Shown: piece after piece, positions 17,652 through 31,199 of the stretch
Numbering within the stretch: position 1 is the first letter of the stretch
Layout: each line of letters begins with the position of its first letter
Assembly (NCBI GenBank): GCA_964016885.1
Contig: OZ024740.1
Span: 414,594,001 to 414,658,000 of the forward strand
Length of the DNA: 64,000 bases
Source of the DNA: Eledone cirrhosa
Lineage: Eukaryota
Reading direction: 5' to 3'
Translations under genes and position numbers: made by a program
Notes under the pieces: model-generated
What the model was told of the DNA's origin: nothing
Seen by the model: the letters and a program-made list of their open reading frames with translations, nothing else
Databases searched by the model: none

Positions 17652-17758
17652 CATTCTACAGCAGACTCTACAGTTAATTTTCCTGATTGGACAGCAGCCT
17701 GGCTGTCTTCGAGCTCAAAGCCCATGGAAAGAAGAACAGTTAGAATGCCGTCATTGTT
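17652..17758 (-). CDS. Internal coding exon of a UBA-domain protein (NNDGILTVLLSMGFELEDSQAAVQSGKLTVESAVE/W)
   Basis: Polypyrimidine acceptor ttttacttttctccag and donor TG|gtaagt flank an open 107-nt frame. The L-x-x-MGF ... V-E-x-A-V-E-W pattern is the UBA signature. Neighbouring exons were not found, so the gene is not named. Confidence 0.85.
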
Positions 17759-17989
17759 CTGGAGAAAAGTAAAAGCAGAGGTATTAGAGTCTGAATTGAG
17801 TTTGTTGAATTAATAGGAATGTTTTTAAATGTTATGCATAAAACAACAATAATAAAAACATTACTTCAGAAAGAACTGAATAAACTTAGTACAAGGATCT
17901 CAAAACAATATTATCATATCAAGTTTCCTGGGACAACATTGATAATTATACTTCTCCACTTATCCAGCTTGGTTTCTGTGAGTACATTC

Positions 17990-18480
17990 TTTCTAAGATT
18001 CATATCTTTACAAACTTGCTCAAAAAAACATAGCATGAGGCCACCTCTTTTGCTTTTACCATGTGTGGGTTCCCATGGCAGTAACAGGTGTAATGTCTGC
18101 TTGATCTCTTCATCATACGTGACCAGTTAGACTGAATCTTCTAGCCTTCATGACATCTGGTATCAGTCTCAGGTCACCGTATAGAGATTCATTTGTTCTG
18201 TGCTCCCTCCAAGATAAATTTTACACTTTCTTCAGTAGTCTTTTATAGGTGCCATCTGTCTTTCCATCTCTTTTGTGAGTGACCAGCGTTCCACTCCATA
18301 CACAAAGGTACTTCCAGCTGTTGATCAAAATGGTGTTCAAGTTTGATTTCCAAATGATGTCCATTTTATTTGCAATTGTCCAGGCTAAGTTAACTCCGGT
18401 GCTCATGTTTTGTTTTGTAAATGAGGTCTTGATCCATGAACCAGGATTCCTAAAATCCTGAACTCTTTTTAGTCAAGCAG
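17990..18480 (-). mobile_element. Decayed RTE-like LINE 3' remnant
   Basis: Minus-strand peptide LCVWSGTLVTHKRDGKTDGTYKRLLKKV resembles the LYGSETW...LDGTYTRLLR region found after the RT. Heavily decayed. Confidence 0.55.
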
Positions 18481-18672
18481 TACAATTAGATTTGGAGCAC
18501 TGAATATGATAAAGAACATGAGAGAATGCACCCAGTAGACTCTGTAAAGGGGTTTACATTAGAAAGGGCATCCAGCTGTAGATAGACTGCCAAAACTAGA
18601 ATGTATATAAGCTAAATGTGCCTCCTACCACCACCACTCAGCCAAGGCATTCTTCATCTATAGGCTTGCCAG

Positions 18673-18939
18673 CAAGGGCCATGTTTCAGGGGGGTACCAG
18701 AAGACAAGTCACTTTTTCAAATGTCTATATTCTATTTTTTGTCTATTTGATATAATAAATTCTTTTTAAGCTTATTTTTTTATATCTGAACTTCATTTGA
18801 ATATATAAAATTTAATTAGCGTAAAATTTTACTTATGTGATAGGGTCCGGGAAAGGCACCATAAGCAATTTATGCTCCTTTAAGAATCAACAAATGTTGG
18901 TTTGTTCCCCTCACATTTTTAAGGCAAACAAGGCCCCTG
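18673..18939. mobile_element. hAT-type MITE with 8-bp TSD
   Basis: TIRs CAAGGGCC / GGCCCCTG. Perfect 8-bp duplication CTTGCCAG at 18665-18672 and 18940-18947. Confidence 0.8.
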
Positions 18940-19469
18940 CTTGCCAGGCAATTGCCCAGTAACGCCACAAGCATAGGAGCCTCATGATAATCTAAGTATG
19001 CTGTGACATTCTGTCAATAAATATAAGAATATTATACAAAACTATAAATATTTGTTATTGGAAAATGCATATTTGCATCTATTTTACTGAAGATAATGAA
19101 CAATATTAATGTTAATTTTTATAACAAATGGACACTGGCATTTACTTGTAATATAGTATGATGGTCCCCTTTGTAACAACAGTTGCATGTGTGTGTACAT
19201 ATACACGACACAACGTAAAAGTGTATATGTTAATGTTACCTAAACTTGCTTGACACTCAATAGCAATGATATTGGTTATATTTATATGCCATTGGTTATT
19301 AGAGATTGTATAGCAACTAAGTATTGATAGTTGTGATATGTGAAGGGGTAAGCTGTGTATATAAGATTTTAAAATTGTAGAATGTAGACCTAGACAAAGA
19401 TGAGTCTAGGCTTGCCTAGATTAATCTTCGAGTTGAGTAATCTTTGCTCTACACAATGGCTTTTAATGT

Positions 19470-19697
19470 TTAACTCTTTAGCATTTGAACCGGCCGCATC
19501 TGGCCAGAATTCTCTCACCTCTTTCTGTTCAAACTGGCCGTAATAGGCCACTCATACTGATGTTAAAGTATTGTTTTTAAAATAAATAATATCAAAATCT
19601 CATAGATTCAATACTATGTTGGATATTATGTGAGGTAAAGCCTTTACCATGAAAATACAATATTATATATAGAGTAATGTAAATGGTAAAGGGTTAA
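19470..19697 (+). mobile_element. TTAA-flanked piggyBac-type MITE, copy 1
   Basis: TTAA-CTCTTTAGCATT...AATGGTAAAGGG-TTAA. Homologous to the copies at 30242, 30964 and 40586. Confidence 0.8.
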
Positions 19698-20295
19698 ACA
19701 ATTATTTTGTTGGAAGTGCCAATAAATATATGCTTATTGACCATTTACATTTTTGCTCTTATGAGTGGTTGTGCAGGTAGGTGCCCCAGTGCAATGTTTT
19801 TCCCAGGGGTCTATAATGTTGTTAAGATGGCCTTCTCCCAGCCCATCTAGGAGAGCAGTAGCTCCAGTTAAGTACTGACTTTGTCTCTCCAACGCAGATA
19901 GATATAAAAGAAATTGATATTCGCAGAACAAACAGGAAATAATCACCATCCTGAACAAATAACTCAACACACAGTAGATGCACATTACATAGCAAACAGA
20001 AGAAATCCCTAAGTAACACCAGAAACAATAAAATAAACTCCACAACAGAGCAATACATATATAGTCTACAAATACAATTCTACACTCTGACAAGACAATG
20101 TTGCTCACATGAAACTGTTGAAAACAAATAAAAACAGGAATTTGGAGAAGGTAAAGAGCACAGTAAATTATATTAACTCCAGTATTTAACTGGTACATTA
20201 TTTTGTCCACAGTGGAAGAAAGAAAGGCAAAGTAGACTGTAGCAGGATTTGAACACAAACTGTAAACTTTGAGCCACAAGATATTTTGTCCAATG

Positions 20296-20462
20296 CAGTG
20301 GTTACCAAAGTGGGTTCCACAAAGGAGTGTCTGGGGTTTTGTAAAAAAAGTTAGAGGAGTATATTTATATTACAACCATATAACAGTATTAGACGTTGGG
20401 GTTCCACCAAAAGTTGCTGAACCAAAAAGGGTTCCATGCTTGAAAAAGTTTGGGAAACCCTG
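20296..20462. mobile_element. hAT/Charlie-like MITE
   Basis: Ends CAGTGGTTACCAAA / TTTGGGAAACCCTG. The TSD is not conserved. Confidence 0.65.
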
Positions 20463-20499
20463 ATTCAGTAAGAGTCTAATGAATCTACCAATAACAATA

Positions 20500-20718
20500 A
20501 TAATGATTTCTTATATAGGCACAAGGCCAGCAATTTTGGGGGCGGGGAAAGTCGATTAAATCGACCCCAGTGTGTGACTGGTACTTTATTCTATCGACCC
20601 AGTAAGGATGAAAGGCAAAGTTAACCTTGGCGGGATTTGAACTCAGATCATAAAGGGCCGTAACTATGTGATGCAAAGCATGGCGTCTGACCCTCTACTT
20701 ATACTGCCAATCCACCAA
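20500..20718 (-). mobile_element. tRNA-derived SINE family 1, copy
   Basis: The reverse complement carries B-box GAGTTCAAATCC and core AACTTTGCCTTTCATCCTTAC..GGTCGATA..ATAAAGTACCAG. Other copies lie near 4110, 5310, 22755, 32100 and 33000. Confidence 0.8.
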
Positions 20719-21022
20719 TAATTACTCAAAACAATAGAAATAACAATGCCAAAAACAACACTGCACATACCCAAAAAGAAGAAGGAGGAGGATTTATTTT
20801 TATTTTTGAATAATCATAATAATGATTTCTTTATTAGCCACAATTGCCTGCACATAGAATACAGTCAACATCATAAACATAGAGGTTTTATTAGATGTGA
20901 GGTTGACAAAGGTTTATTAAAATTGAGTAGGGGCAAAGACATTATAAAATAGACAGATAAATTTGATAAAACATGAAATATATTTAAAATATTGACAATA
21001 CACAATAATTAACATAGGATAT

Positions 21023-21440
21023 ATCATCATCATCATCAACACTATTTTATGTCAATTGTCCATGCTTGCATGGATTAGGTGGTTGTCATGTTCTGAGACA
21101 AGACAAGACAGGTCAGATGATTGTATCATACTCATATGTTCCATTCTGGCATGGCTTGCTATGGCTGGGTGCCCTTTCAAATGCCAGTCATTTCACAGTG
21201 AGTACGAGGTTCATCTTATCATTTCACTGCCACTACCACCTGAGAGGATGGGCCTGGTACTTTTTATCAAGGCACCAGCACTATCACTTTACAGGGTGAG
21301 CTGGGTGCATTTTATAACAACACTGCCAATACCACCTGACAAGGTGAGCCAAATGGTTTTTATAGTGGCACCAACACTACCGCTTTTCAACCCTAGGGTG
21401 CTCATTGTATCCGCCTCAGCCAGGCTTGGAAAGCAGCAAT
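21023..21440 (-). mobile_element. Old RTE-tailed non-autonomous element with internal ~45-50-bp subrepeats
   Basis: (ATC)n tail, CATGCTTGCATGG tail stem, GGGCACCCAGCC motif, and several degenerate copies of the subrepeat seen in the RTE UTRs. Confidence 0.55.
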
Positions 21441-23269
21441 GGGAGTGGAGGGAGAGAATACCAATGAATCATTGATCAATTCACAGTGCAACCACTACCA
21501 TTTACAAGCTACAAGGAAAACCTGTAGTGCCCACTCAACTTGCAAGAAATATCAACCAAAATCTCTACTGAATCACAAAATACTTTTCTTTAAGAAGAAA
21601 AGATATATTGGATAATGTGATCTTAGATACACTATTTGAATAGAAAGATATGATGGTCAAAACAAGGAGAACTCTTGGATCATGGATGACTTAGTGTTAA
21701 ATATCAACATCAATATTCAATACTTACAGGAAGCATCTATGTGGTTGCTTGACATGCCTGAAAAAGCAGCCAAATCTTCTTGAAATTACACACTATTTTT
21801 TTTAAAAGGGCACATTAGATAATGTAGATCTAGATACCTCTGAAAATGCTTTTGGAAAGACCTACTCTGTGAAGCTTGACATGGATCTAAACATGAGGTG
21901 AACTCCAGGACGAGTGAACCAATCCATTGAAAAAACATATTTTGGCCATGGATAACAGGTTATCCAGTCCCATATTGATTCAATGATTCAAGCTGTCATT
22001 ATGCTAATAACCAAAGCTTATTTCAGCTTTCCCACATCAGAGAGAAGGCTGTCTAATAGTCTAAATAGCTCTGTTATACAGGGACAGCTCGAATTGAATT
22101 GACTTTGCTTGATCCAGCCGTAACAAATATCCAAGCAACAGTGCCTCGTGAAGAAAAACAAAGAAGGAGCTGAATTAGATGTGGAAGAAAGGTACTGTGG
22201 GGGGGAGAATAGAGTAAGGAAAGAACATAACCAGAAAAGGAGCGATTAAAGAGTGATTAAGTTGCAAATGAAAGTCAAAAGAATATAAAAATGACAATAC
22301 ATTTTCATGACTGTTTAAAGGAGAAAAAATATAAGAAAAGAGAAAAGAAAGAAAAATCCAGAGCTGTTATGCCTGATAAAATTCTGAATTCTAAGAAAAA
22401 GAATAAGGAAATATCTTAAACAAGAACACAGTGTAACTGAATCTTTTATCTCCATCCTAAGAGTGAATAATAATGTAGTAAAAACAATGAAAAACCCAAA
22501 TCACAAAGGAATTATTATGTACATATTCTACAGCAACAAAATGTACAATATCATCATCATCAATGTTATCACAATAAGATGGTGAGTAGCAGGATCCTTA
22601 CAGTGCCAAACAAAATGACATAACAGTGTTTTGTTACATTCCTTTACACCTTCAGTTCAAATCACACTGAGGCTGACTCTGCCATCCTTCAATAGAATAA
22701 ACATCAGACAAATACTTGTCTCAAAGATTGTATCACTATAACAAATTATTACTGTGGGCAGTGGATTAGCAGAACCGGTGGAGCATCAGTATTTGGTTAT
22801 GGCCCTTTACGTTTTGAGTTTAAATTAGCTGAGGTTAGTTTTGCCTTTCATCCTTACAGGGTCGATAAAATAAAGTACCAGTAACGCACTGGGGTCGATT
22901 TAGTTGACTTTTGGCCTTGTGCCAAATGTAGAAACAATTATTACTGTCAGCTTGTAAATATGATAACAACAGGATTTTCTACTGCCTGTCTAGTCTCAAC
23001 AACGACATTAGTATTTTCCTGAATATATGTGCAGTGCCCAATAAGGCAGTTTTTTGTAGGAGAGCAATTTGAAACTGGAATTATCTTGATGTTGTTAAAT
23101 GGTAGTGACCACATTCATGTAATTTCAATCATCAAGTCAGCATACTTTGTTGTTTTGTTTGGGTTTTTTTTTCAATGTTAAGGCTATGTTTGGTCTCCTG
23201 GGATACTAATATCAATTATCCGGCATTCTACAATATCATGTCTGTTATTATTATTATTGACATGCAAAT

Positions 23270-23835
23270 ATCTATCACAAATGATGGAAGGCAGGAAGCT
23301 GAATTAAGTGCAATAATTTCAAGAGCTGGTGCAGTAATGCACCAGCTTCAGCATTTGGTTATCAGAAGAAAGGAGGAAGGTGTAAAAGCCAAACTCACTA
23401 TCTTCAATTTGGTATTAGTGCCAACCCTTACCTGTGGCCACAAATCTTGGGTAATGACCGAAAGAATACGATCACGAATACACGCTGCCAAAATGGGGTT
23501 CCTCCAAGGGTCTTTAGAGCAATGTTACTTGATAGAGTGTGTAGCTTGGAGATCTGAGAATCACACCAGGTGGAGCCGCTACTTCTCTGAATTGAGAGAT
23601 CACAGCACCGATTTTATGGATATGTGGTTAGAATGTCTAAGGAAAAAATTGCTGGACAGATTTTACAGTAAAAACCAATTAGCAGAGGCAGACCCTGAGC
23701 AAGATGGTTGGATAACAACCATAAGCTAGGCTGGTCTTGCTTGGGAATCCAGCTGGATCAATTGGAGATAGTTGCTGTTGATGGAACCCGCTGGAAGGCA
23801 TGTTTGAGGACTCTTCCCCCATGACCCTCCCTTGA
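23270..23835 (+). mobile_element. Rex3/Expander-like RTE 3' remnant
   Basis: KAKLTIFNLVLVPTLTCGHKSWVMTERIRSRIHAAKMGFL matches the KAKLSIY..PTLTYGHELWVMTERTRSRIQAAEMSFL pattern of Rex3-type RTEs. Frameshifted. Confidence 0.8.
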
Positions 23836-24079
23836 AATATATAGGTGAAGAAGCAGAACAAAAACATGCTAATATCATAAATTGAAAGCACTCAGTTTAG
23901 TGGTTAAGGTTTTGGGCCTGTAATCGTAATGTTCTGGATCTGATTCCTAGATCAAGTAGTGCATTGTACTCCTGAATAAAATACTTCATTTCTCATTGCT
24001 GCTCAGTTGAAAATGAGTACCAGCAGAAAGAGCTGGGGGATAACTCAGTGATGAACTGATGTCTTGTACTCACACAAAC

Positions 24080-24530
24080 AAATGACCAGCTGTATGATGC
24101 CTGAGTGTGATGTGCAATGTTGTATGGTGGTCAAATATGGGCAATGAATGCAGAGAATATACAAAGCATGCTCCAATGGATGTGCAATGTTAATTTGTAG
24201 GAACATCAAAGCATGGATGAGCTGAGAAAAAAAGCTTGGTATAAGAGGAATCAGAGAGCACTGGTATGGACATGTGATGTGTATCGATAATGATCATTTG
24301 GTGAAGAAGTGTCAAAAGATGCTAGTGAAAGGAAGCTCCAGTTGAGCAAGATCAAGAAGGACCTGGACAGAAGTGGTGAGAGCTGATCTCAAATAGCTAA
24401 AGCTCAGAGGTGAAAATGAAAAACTGCAATTAGTGAAGAGATGCTGTGCTGCCAAAAACACATCCAACTCATGGAAAAGCAGACGTAAAACGATGGGGAT
24501 GAGGTTGATGATGATGATGATGATGACGAT
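24080..24530 (+). mobile_element. Decayed RTE 3' remnant with (ATG)n tail
   Basis: CTGTATGATGCCTG..., GCATGCTCCAATGGATGTGC and TGGTATGGACATGTGATG align by eye to family A at 49280-49730. Confidence 0.8.
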
Positions 24531-25364
24531 GGTGATCATCATCATCATCCGCATCATCAGCATCATCACATTTGATAGTTTTCTAAATTGTTTGAAGAAT
24601 CATGCGTTTTCAAATATAGAAATAGAATGGAAGTAAATTGTCACAATAATGGAACTAAATGCAAATATCAAAGTTATTCAAGAATAAAGGGAAATATAAT
24701 GGCATTAACACCTGTTATGGCTTCTTTCAGTTCTGGCTGTATGGAATCAAAGTGGCTTCCTATCATTATCCTTCAGGTATTTGAATCAGAAACAATAAAG
24801 GACCGGTTTGATTTTTGTGCAGTAAAAAGTACCATCATTATCCTATTTCCCTTAAATGCAATCATTCAAAGCACAAGTATAATCATAGATCTGCAAACAA
24901 TGGCATGAATCAACATGTTCTCTTTAAATTCCTCAACATATCTAACAGTTCTTTGAAGTTGGTTTCATTTGTGAAAATAAATAACAACACCAACAATAAA
25001 ATACTATAAAAAATAAAGAACTTAGCACAAATCAAAGATTCAAAATAAATCTTTGATGTAACAATTCTTTTATAACAAGGAGATGCCGAATTCTCTGGCA
25101 AAATCACCTAGCTCCTCCTTACTTTTGATCATTTAATTTCCTTTAGCTAAGCTTGGGCAGACCATTCCAGAAGTTAGTTGGAAGAATTGTAGTGGAATCT
25201 AGCAAAAACAATTCAACCATTTCATTACCATACCTTTAATGAAATACATTGACTATAATTTTGAAAAGTTTCTCATTATTAAGTTAGTGTCTGGAGTATA
25301 ATTCATGAAAAACGCTTACATAGAATTATGATGGGAAATTTTTAGAGATAAACACTTTTTTATT

Positions 25365-25752
25365 AAACGAAAAAAGCATGCTCCGTTGGATGTTCAATAT
25401 CAATGTGCGTGAGCGACCGAGCATGGATGTGTTCAGAGAGAAGCTGTGTTTAAGAGGGAAAAGTTGTAGTGTGCAGGAGAGAAGACTGCGATGGTATGGA
25501 CATGTGATGCACATGGAGGATAACCGCTGGGTAAAGAAGTGCCAAGAAATCCCAGTAGAAGGAAGACACAGTAGAGGAAGACTAAGAAAAACATGGGCGG
25601 AGGTGGTGAGAACAGAACTCAGATTGCTGAAGCTCATGGAGGAGATGACGAAGGACCGTGACAAGTGGAGAGATGCTGTGCTGAATAGGACCCGTCCCAC
25701 CCTTGCAAGCAGGGAAAAGTAGGCATAAAATGATGATGATGATGATGATGAT
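25365..25752 (+). mobile_element. RTE family A 5'-truncated copy
   Basis: ORF MLRWMFNINVRERPS...[11 protein letters not shown] is close to the C-terminus of 46657-49725, followed by an (ATG)n tail. Confidence 0.92.
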
Positions 25753-26781
25753 AGGGACAGTTTCATACAGTTTGACATCAAATGGGTTAAAAATTATCAG
25801 GTAATGCCATGAAATGCTATAACAATATAGAAAGATTATTAATACTGCTGATAACCAGTCAAAGGCATGCAACATCTAGAGTGCTTGATCTAAATGTCAC
25901 ACCCAAGCAACCAGTTATCTATATGCCATAAATCTGCTTAACAAGGCTAGCCAAAGGCTACACAACAATCAATGATTTGATATTGTTATACAAATGTTTA
26001 GATGATCTTGAAATTGTTGGAGAACCACTGCTTAAAGTCTGCCAACCAATTTAATTAACAGAATACTAAAAACAGTGCTTTAAAATACACCAGAGGATCT
26101 GGCATAGAAGCAATTTTGAAAATTAATGGGATTAGTAACAAAGTTCATCAGATATTTCAAGTATCACACAGAGAAACAAGCTTTTAAAGCTATTTTCAAG
26201 GCTAAAGCAGACTCCATAACAGGCTTCATACTCATCATGTGTTCCTTTTTTAGCCAAAGCTATACAACAGTATGCCCTTTCCCAGTTGCCAACCCTTTTA
26301 GTCACCTCTTACAACATACAGGGATATTGCGTACTTATTATAAATTGGATATATAGAGCACACAAAAATAAAAAGCTTATAACAACATCTATTTTAACAC
26401 ATATAAATTTCAATAGGAACCTATTTTTACCAGTTACATCCCAATGTTGACTACAACAAGAATACTAGAGAGGAATGGATACATTAATATTTACTATACA
26501 CTGTTCAGGTTGATTTGACTTTTTAATCCAAGGAACAGTATGGAAGCTGTTGTATTTCTGCCAATTATCAACCTTCCAAACTAGTGCAGTACACAATTTT
26601 CTGATCAGTATAATTTGCATAATTCTAATAAGTGAGCTAAGGGAAATAAGTGAAGTGAGTCAATGGCAGGAAGTTAGGTAATTTGGACTGGTGTTCATAT
26701 GATTCTCACATCACTATATACTGGAATTGTCTAAATTGATGTCATCAGCATACTTCAGCATACTTCTTTTACCTTACTCAT

Positions 26782-26820
<39 letters not shown>

Positions 26821-27015
26821 GGTGTGTGTGTGTGTATATATATATATATGTGGTGTGTGTGTGTGTCTTTATAAGGAAACACAAGGTCATGTGAGAATCA
26901 CTTCTTGCAAACTTTCACAAGGAAATGGTAATTTCATACTTTCCTCCCTACAAATCTCTCTCAAACAGTTATAACAAGACTTTCAGTAGTATTGCAGCAG
27001 CTATCTATAGCTACC

Positions 27016-27783
27016 AGAGGTCTCTGGCCTGGCAGTGCTACCGAGGAGCTCTACCAGTTCGAGACAAAATCTACAGGCACGGACGCCCTGGCAAAAGGAC
27101 CTGCCAAAAGGACCTGTCCAAGATGCGAGCAGGACATCGAAACCGTTCTGCACACATTTGTTCAGTGCCCAGGGGTGACCGACCTGTGGAATTATGTCGA
27201 ACAGCTGCTGTCACGTGTGGGACGCATCCAGTTGTCAGCCGAGTCCATCGTGAGGATCACCCCGCCGCGTTCATTTAAGAATGAAGGAGAGGCGGTTTTC
27301 CTCTGTCTGGTGGCTATGGCGAAAGAGGTAATATGGTGGACGAGGTTAAGAGGACTGAGGGCAAACACCTTTCTCTTCGGACAACAACTTATCCCCTTCT
27401 TTAAGTATCACTTCAGAAGGAAGGTGAGAGTGGAGAGAGAGGTGCTACACCCCAGTAAATTCGCTGAAAGGTGGGTGAATGTGGCAAAAATGGCCCGAAT
27501 GAATGGGCCTTCTCTGTATATAAACCTGTAGGTTGAGGAAGATAAACAGAGGGAAGACAGGAACACCTACAAAACGTGTTCCTGGTGTTGAGGGTTGTTC
27601 TATCCACGGGGTGTAAAACAACCCTGCAGTAACGTTCCCTCCGTATTGGGGATTTCAATTGTTATTTTATTATATATAGTTTATTGTTATATATTAATCT
27701 TAAAGTTATTTTTATGTAAAACCCCCGCCGTCACATCTTGTAATGTCCCATTTTTGTACGCCCCTGTGGCAAATAAAGAAATA
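27016..27783 (+). mobile_element. L1/Tx1-group LINE 3' fragment with CCHC finger and 14-bp TSD
   Basis: SLAWQCYRGALPVRDK..., then (frameshifted) CPRCEQDIETVLHTFVQCPGVTDLW, a zf-RVT-type CCHC. AATAAA at the 3' end. TSD TATCTATAGCTACC at 27002-27015 and 27784-27797. Confidence 0.9.
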
Positions 27784-28068
27784 TATCTATAGCTACCTAC
27801 CTATATCTTCCAACAATCATTTTTACCATAAAACCCCTGTCGTTTTTGAGAGGTGCAATGCTAGTGTATTCGTGTGGTGTGGGTGTGTGTGTGTGTGTAT
27901 GAAAATATTCAGGACACTGACATATCAAGTGCTCTGGTGTGTTATGGTCCACCTGGTATCTTACCTCTTTGTTTATATATATATATGTATAATAAGTCGA
28001 TCAGTAGGTTTGTGGTTTACTGAGGAAGGTACCAAAATCAGCACTCTATGCCAAGCCAGAGTGTATAC

Positions 28069-28552
28069 ATTAACAACCAAGCGAGGTTTCACATTAAGGC
28101 CTTAATTGATTATACACAGTCATGACCGTTTCACAGATGGGTGGCTCAGGATCCATGTAAATACTATAGACATGACTCCAGCCTGATCTAATCATAAGAC
28201 TTGTTAAATCCAGCAAAACCAGAATCTCATCTTACTGCATCCCTTATGTATATATATGTGTGTGTATGTTTATGACTGTATGTATGTGTGAGTGTCTGTG
28301 ATTGGTTGGGTGTATGTCTCTCAGTGTGCACAGTGATTGGTCAATACCCATATTTGGATGTGTGTGTACAACGTTTGGTAAAGGATGGAGTCTGATGAGA
28401 TTCTGGTTTTGCTTAACAGGTCTGATGAACAGATTGGGCTTGAGTCATGTCTATAGCATTTACATGGATCCTCAGCCACCCATCTGTGAAACAGTCATAA
28501 CTTTGTATAATCAATAAAGACCTCAATGTGAAACCTTGCTTTGTGTTTAATA
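28069..28552. repeat. Diverged fold-back (~160-bp arms) with a degenerate hammerhead-like core
   Basis: 28069-28230 is the reverse complement of ~28394-28552. The right arm reads CTGATGA-acagattggg...cccatctgt-GAAA-caGTC. Confidence 0.75.
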
Positions 28553-30241
28553 TATATACGGTGTTTAAGTATTAAATTATGTTCTTTTAAGCCAAAGAGT
28601 AAACTTATCCATTTGATAAATAAAGATTAATAAGATAAGCTCCAAACTAAATACTTGGACTGTATAACCAATAAATTGTTTGAAAGCTGTGACTCAACAT
28701 GGCTGCAGTTCTATGGCTGAAAAGTGACTCAACAACAGAATAAAAGAATGCCAAAAAAAAAAAAAAAAACACTATTTAAATCATGAGAACACTGGAGAAA
28801 CAAAATAATCCATAACCCATTGGAATACCACTACAAACATTGAAGTCAGTTTCAGGAATGTTATTTAAGCAAGGCATATATCCTATGCCTGTGAAATAAA
28901 ATTAAAACAAGTTATCAAAACTAGGCCCCAAACTTAGCACATAAGAATACCAATGCTCTGTTTAGTCGTTAAAACAGAAAACAAAATGCCTAACGACATT
29001 CTCTTATAAAAGAGTCATGGCCACCCTCTATGACTGAATGATGGAAATAATATAGTTTCTGACAAAGAAGTGAAAGATCTTAATAGGAAAATATCATTGT
29101 AACCAATGGAAAATTCCTCATAAATATTCTCATGATATAGGTTAGTAGCCAAACAGACAAATTCAGTGAATCAATAAATGAAGGTAAAAATGAAAGCAAA
29201 CACAAACACTACATAAACCTTGGAAGTAGCCACAGTAGCATCCAACTTTCTAATTAGCTACGGATTAAGAAATGTTAAGTGTTTTCTACATGAAAGTAAT
29301 TTAAATGATTTTGCTTAATTTTGCTATATTTTGAAATTATTTTATATCCAGTTTTCCATCCATACAAGAAAGAGAGGATGTATATTTTTATAATTTTATT
29401 CTGTATTTTGTTTGCTAGTTTGTTTTGTTTTGTTGGAATTTTGTTTTCAATAAATTTGGGTATTTCCTTTATGTACCATCAAATGGTACATCAATGATCT
29501 ATTCACCTCTGAACTTTCTAACTTTATGACATCACTGCCAAAACCTACCATACACTCAATACACTTGGTTCTCTTTACCCATAAACTCCACAATATATCA
29601 CCTCAACTTCAGACTTTTTATCCCTAACATTGTACCACTGTGAAATTAACCAGCCAGCAATGTCTTGCCTCCACCATAAACATTATCTTGCTGATAATGA
29701 TCATAAATTGATAATTAGAATGATGATGATGATGCAAAAACAAAGATAAGGAAGATAATGATATTAGGCTGACAATAATGGAGATGACAATGATAAAAAG
29801 ATGATGATAGTGATGATGATTATGGTGATGATGATAATGATTGTGGTGTAGATGATACTAGCATTAAAGAAGCAATACGTTTAGACTTATTTAACCAGAA
29901 ATTATACCACTACCAACATTTTTTTAGATTGGGAAACCAAAAATATTTTCCACTACATAAATGCTAAATATTGAAAGAAAGAAACAAAAAGAAAAAAACA
30001 GGAAAACTGTATAAACAACAAAAACAAACAAAAGAAGTATAATAATATCAATGACAAATCTAATAATAATGTTGACCATCATCAAAATAGCAAGAGTACA
30101 TGGCCAGATGGCAAACTGCTAGTTAATCTCTTGGGAGAATTCTCAATGTATCTGGTTTCTGTAGAATCCAGTAGATGGCATCAAGTCAAAATGAACAACA
30201 TGAACAATAGGAACAATTATAATGTTTTTAGCCACTTTCAC

Positions 30242-30469
30242 TTAACCCATTAGCATTTAAACCGGCCGTATCCGGCCACAATTTTCTCACCACTTTCCGT
30301 TCAAACCGACCGTAACTGGCCCCTCATACTTATGTTAAGGTATTGTTCTCAAAATACTAACATCAAAATCTCGTAGATTCGATATTATGTTTGATAATTA
30401 TGCAAGATAAAGCCTTTACCACAAAAATACAATAGAATATATATAGTAATGTCAATGCTAAAGGGTTAA
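30242..30469 (+). mobile_element. TTAA-flanked piggyBac-type MITE, copy 2
   Basis: TTAA-CCCATTAGCATT...AATGCTAAAGGG-TTAA. Confidence 0.85.
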
Positions 30470-30963
30470 AGCATTCCTGCAAAATACTGTTTACACTCAT
30501 GTGAAAGTCAAATTTTTTTTACCATTTTATTTTTCAGGTTAAATTTATGAGACCAACTTTTACATGGATACTACTTTTGACAGGCAGAAATTCACACTAC
30601 AATCTAAAATGCTGTATCAATAAGTAAAAGCCCAAATGAATTCTAAAAGAATGAGACAATAGAGTGTAAAATAAACTACACAGAAAAAAAAAAGATGACG
30701 AAGGAGAATAAAAAGGAAGGAGTACAAAACCCAAAATATACAGTAGGTGTTGAAAAGTTTTATTCTAATAAATAGAGCTGAATTGAGGAGATGTGGCATG
30801 AAGATTTTAATGCTAACCTAAATGATAAGGCAATGCTCTCCAGGCTGTGACACTAAGTGTGCAATGAAATTATACAAAAATATTGTGAAATTATCCAAAA
30901 TTAGAATATTCTATTCCAAATTTTCATTATTTGAAGATTAAAACTAAAACACTGATTATCTAT

Positions 30964-31199
30964 TTAACCCTTTAGCATTTAAACTGGCCGTATCCGGCCA
31001 GAATTCTCTCACCTCTTTCTGTTCAAACCAGCTGTAACTGACCGCTCATACTGATGTTAAAGTGTTGTTCTCAAAATAAGTAATATCAAAATCGCAGATT
31101 CGATATTATGTGGGATAATTATGTAAGATAAAGTGTTTACAGTGAAAGAGGTGAGATAATTCTGACCAGATACAGCCAGTTTAAATGCTAAAGGGTTAA
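30964..31199 (+). mobile_element. TTAA-flanked piggyBac-type MITE, copy 3 (long-TIR variant)
   Basis: TTAA-CCCTTTAGCATTTAAACTGG...CCAGTTTAAATGCTAAAGGG-TTAA. Confidence 0.88.

Larger units (their letters stand above)
18643..19835. mobile_element. Possible old non-autonomous hAT-like element hosting two nested MITEs
   Basis: Imperfect terminal inverted repeats AAGGCATTCTTCAT / GTTAAGATGGCCTT. The TSD is only partly conserved. Confidence 0.4.
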
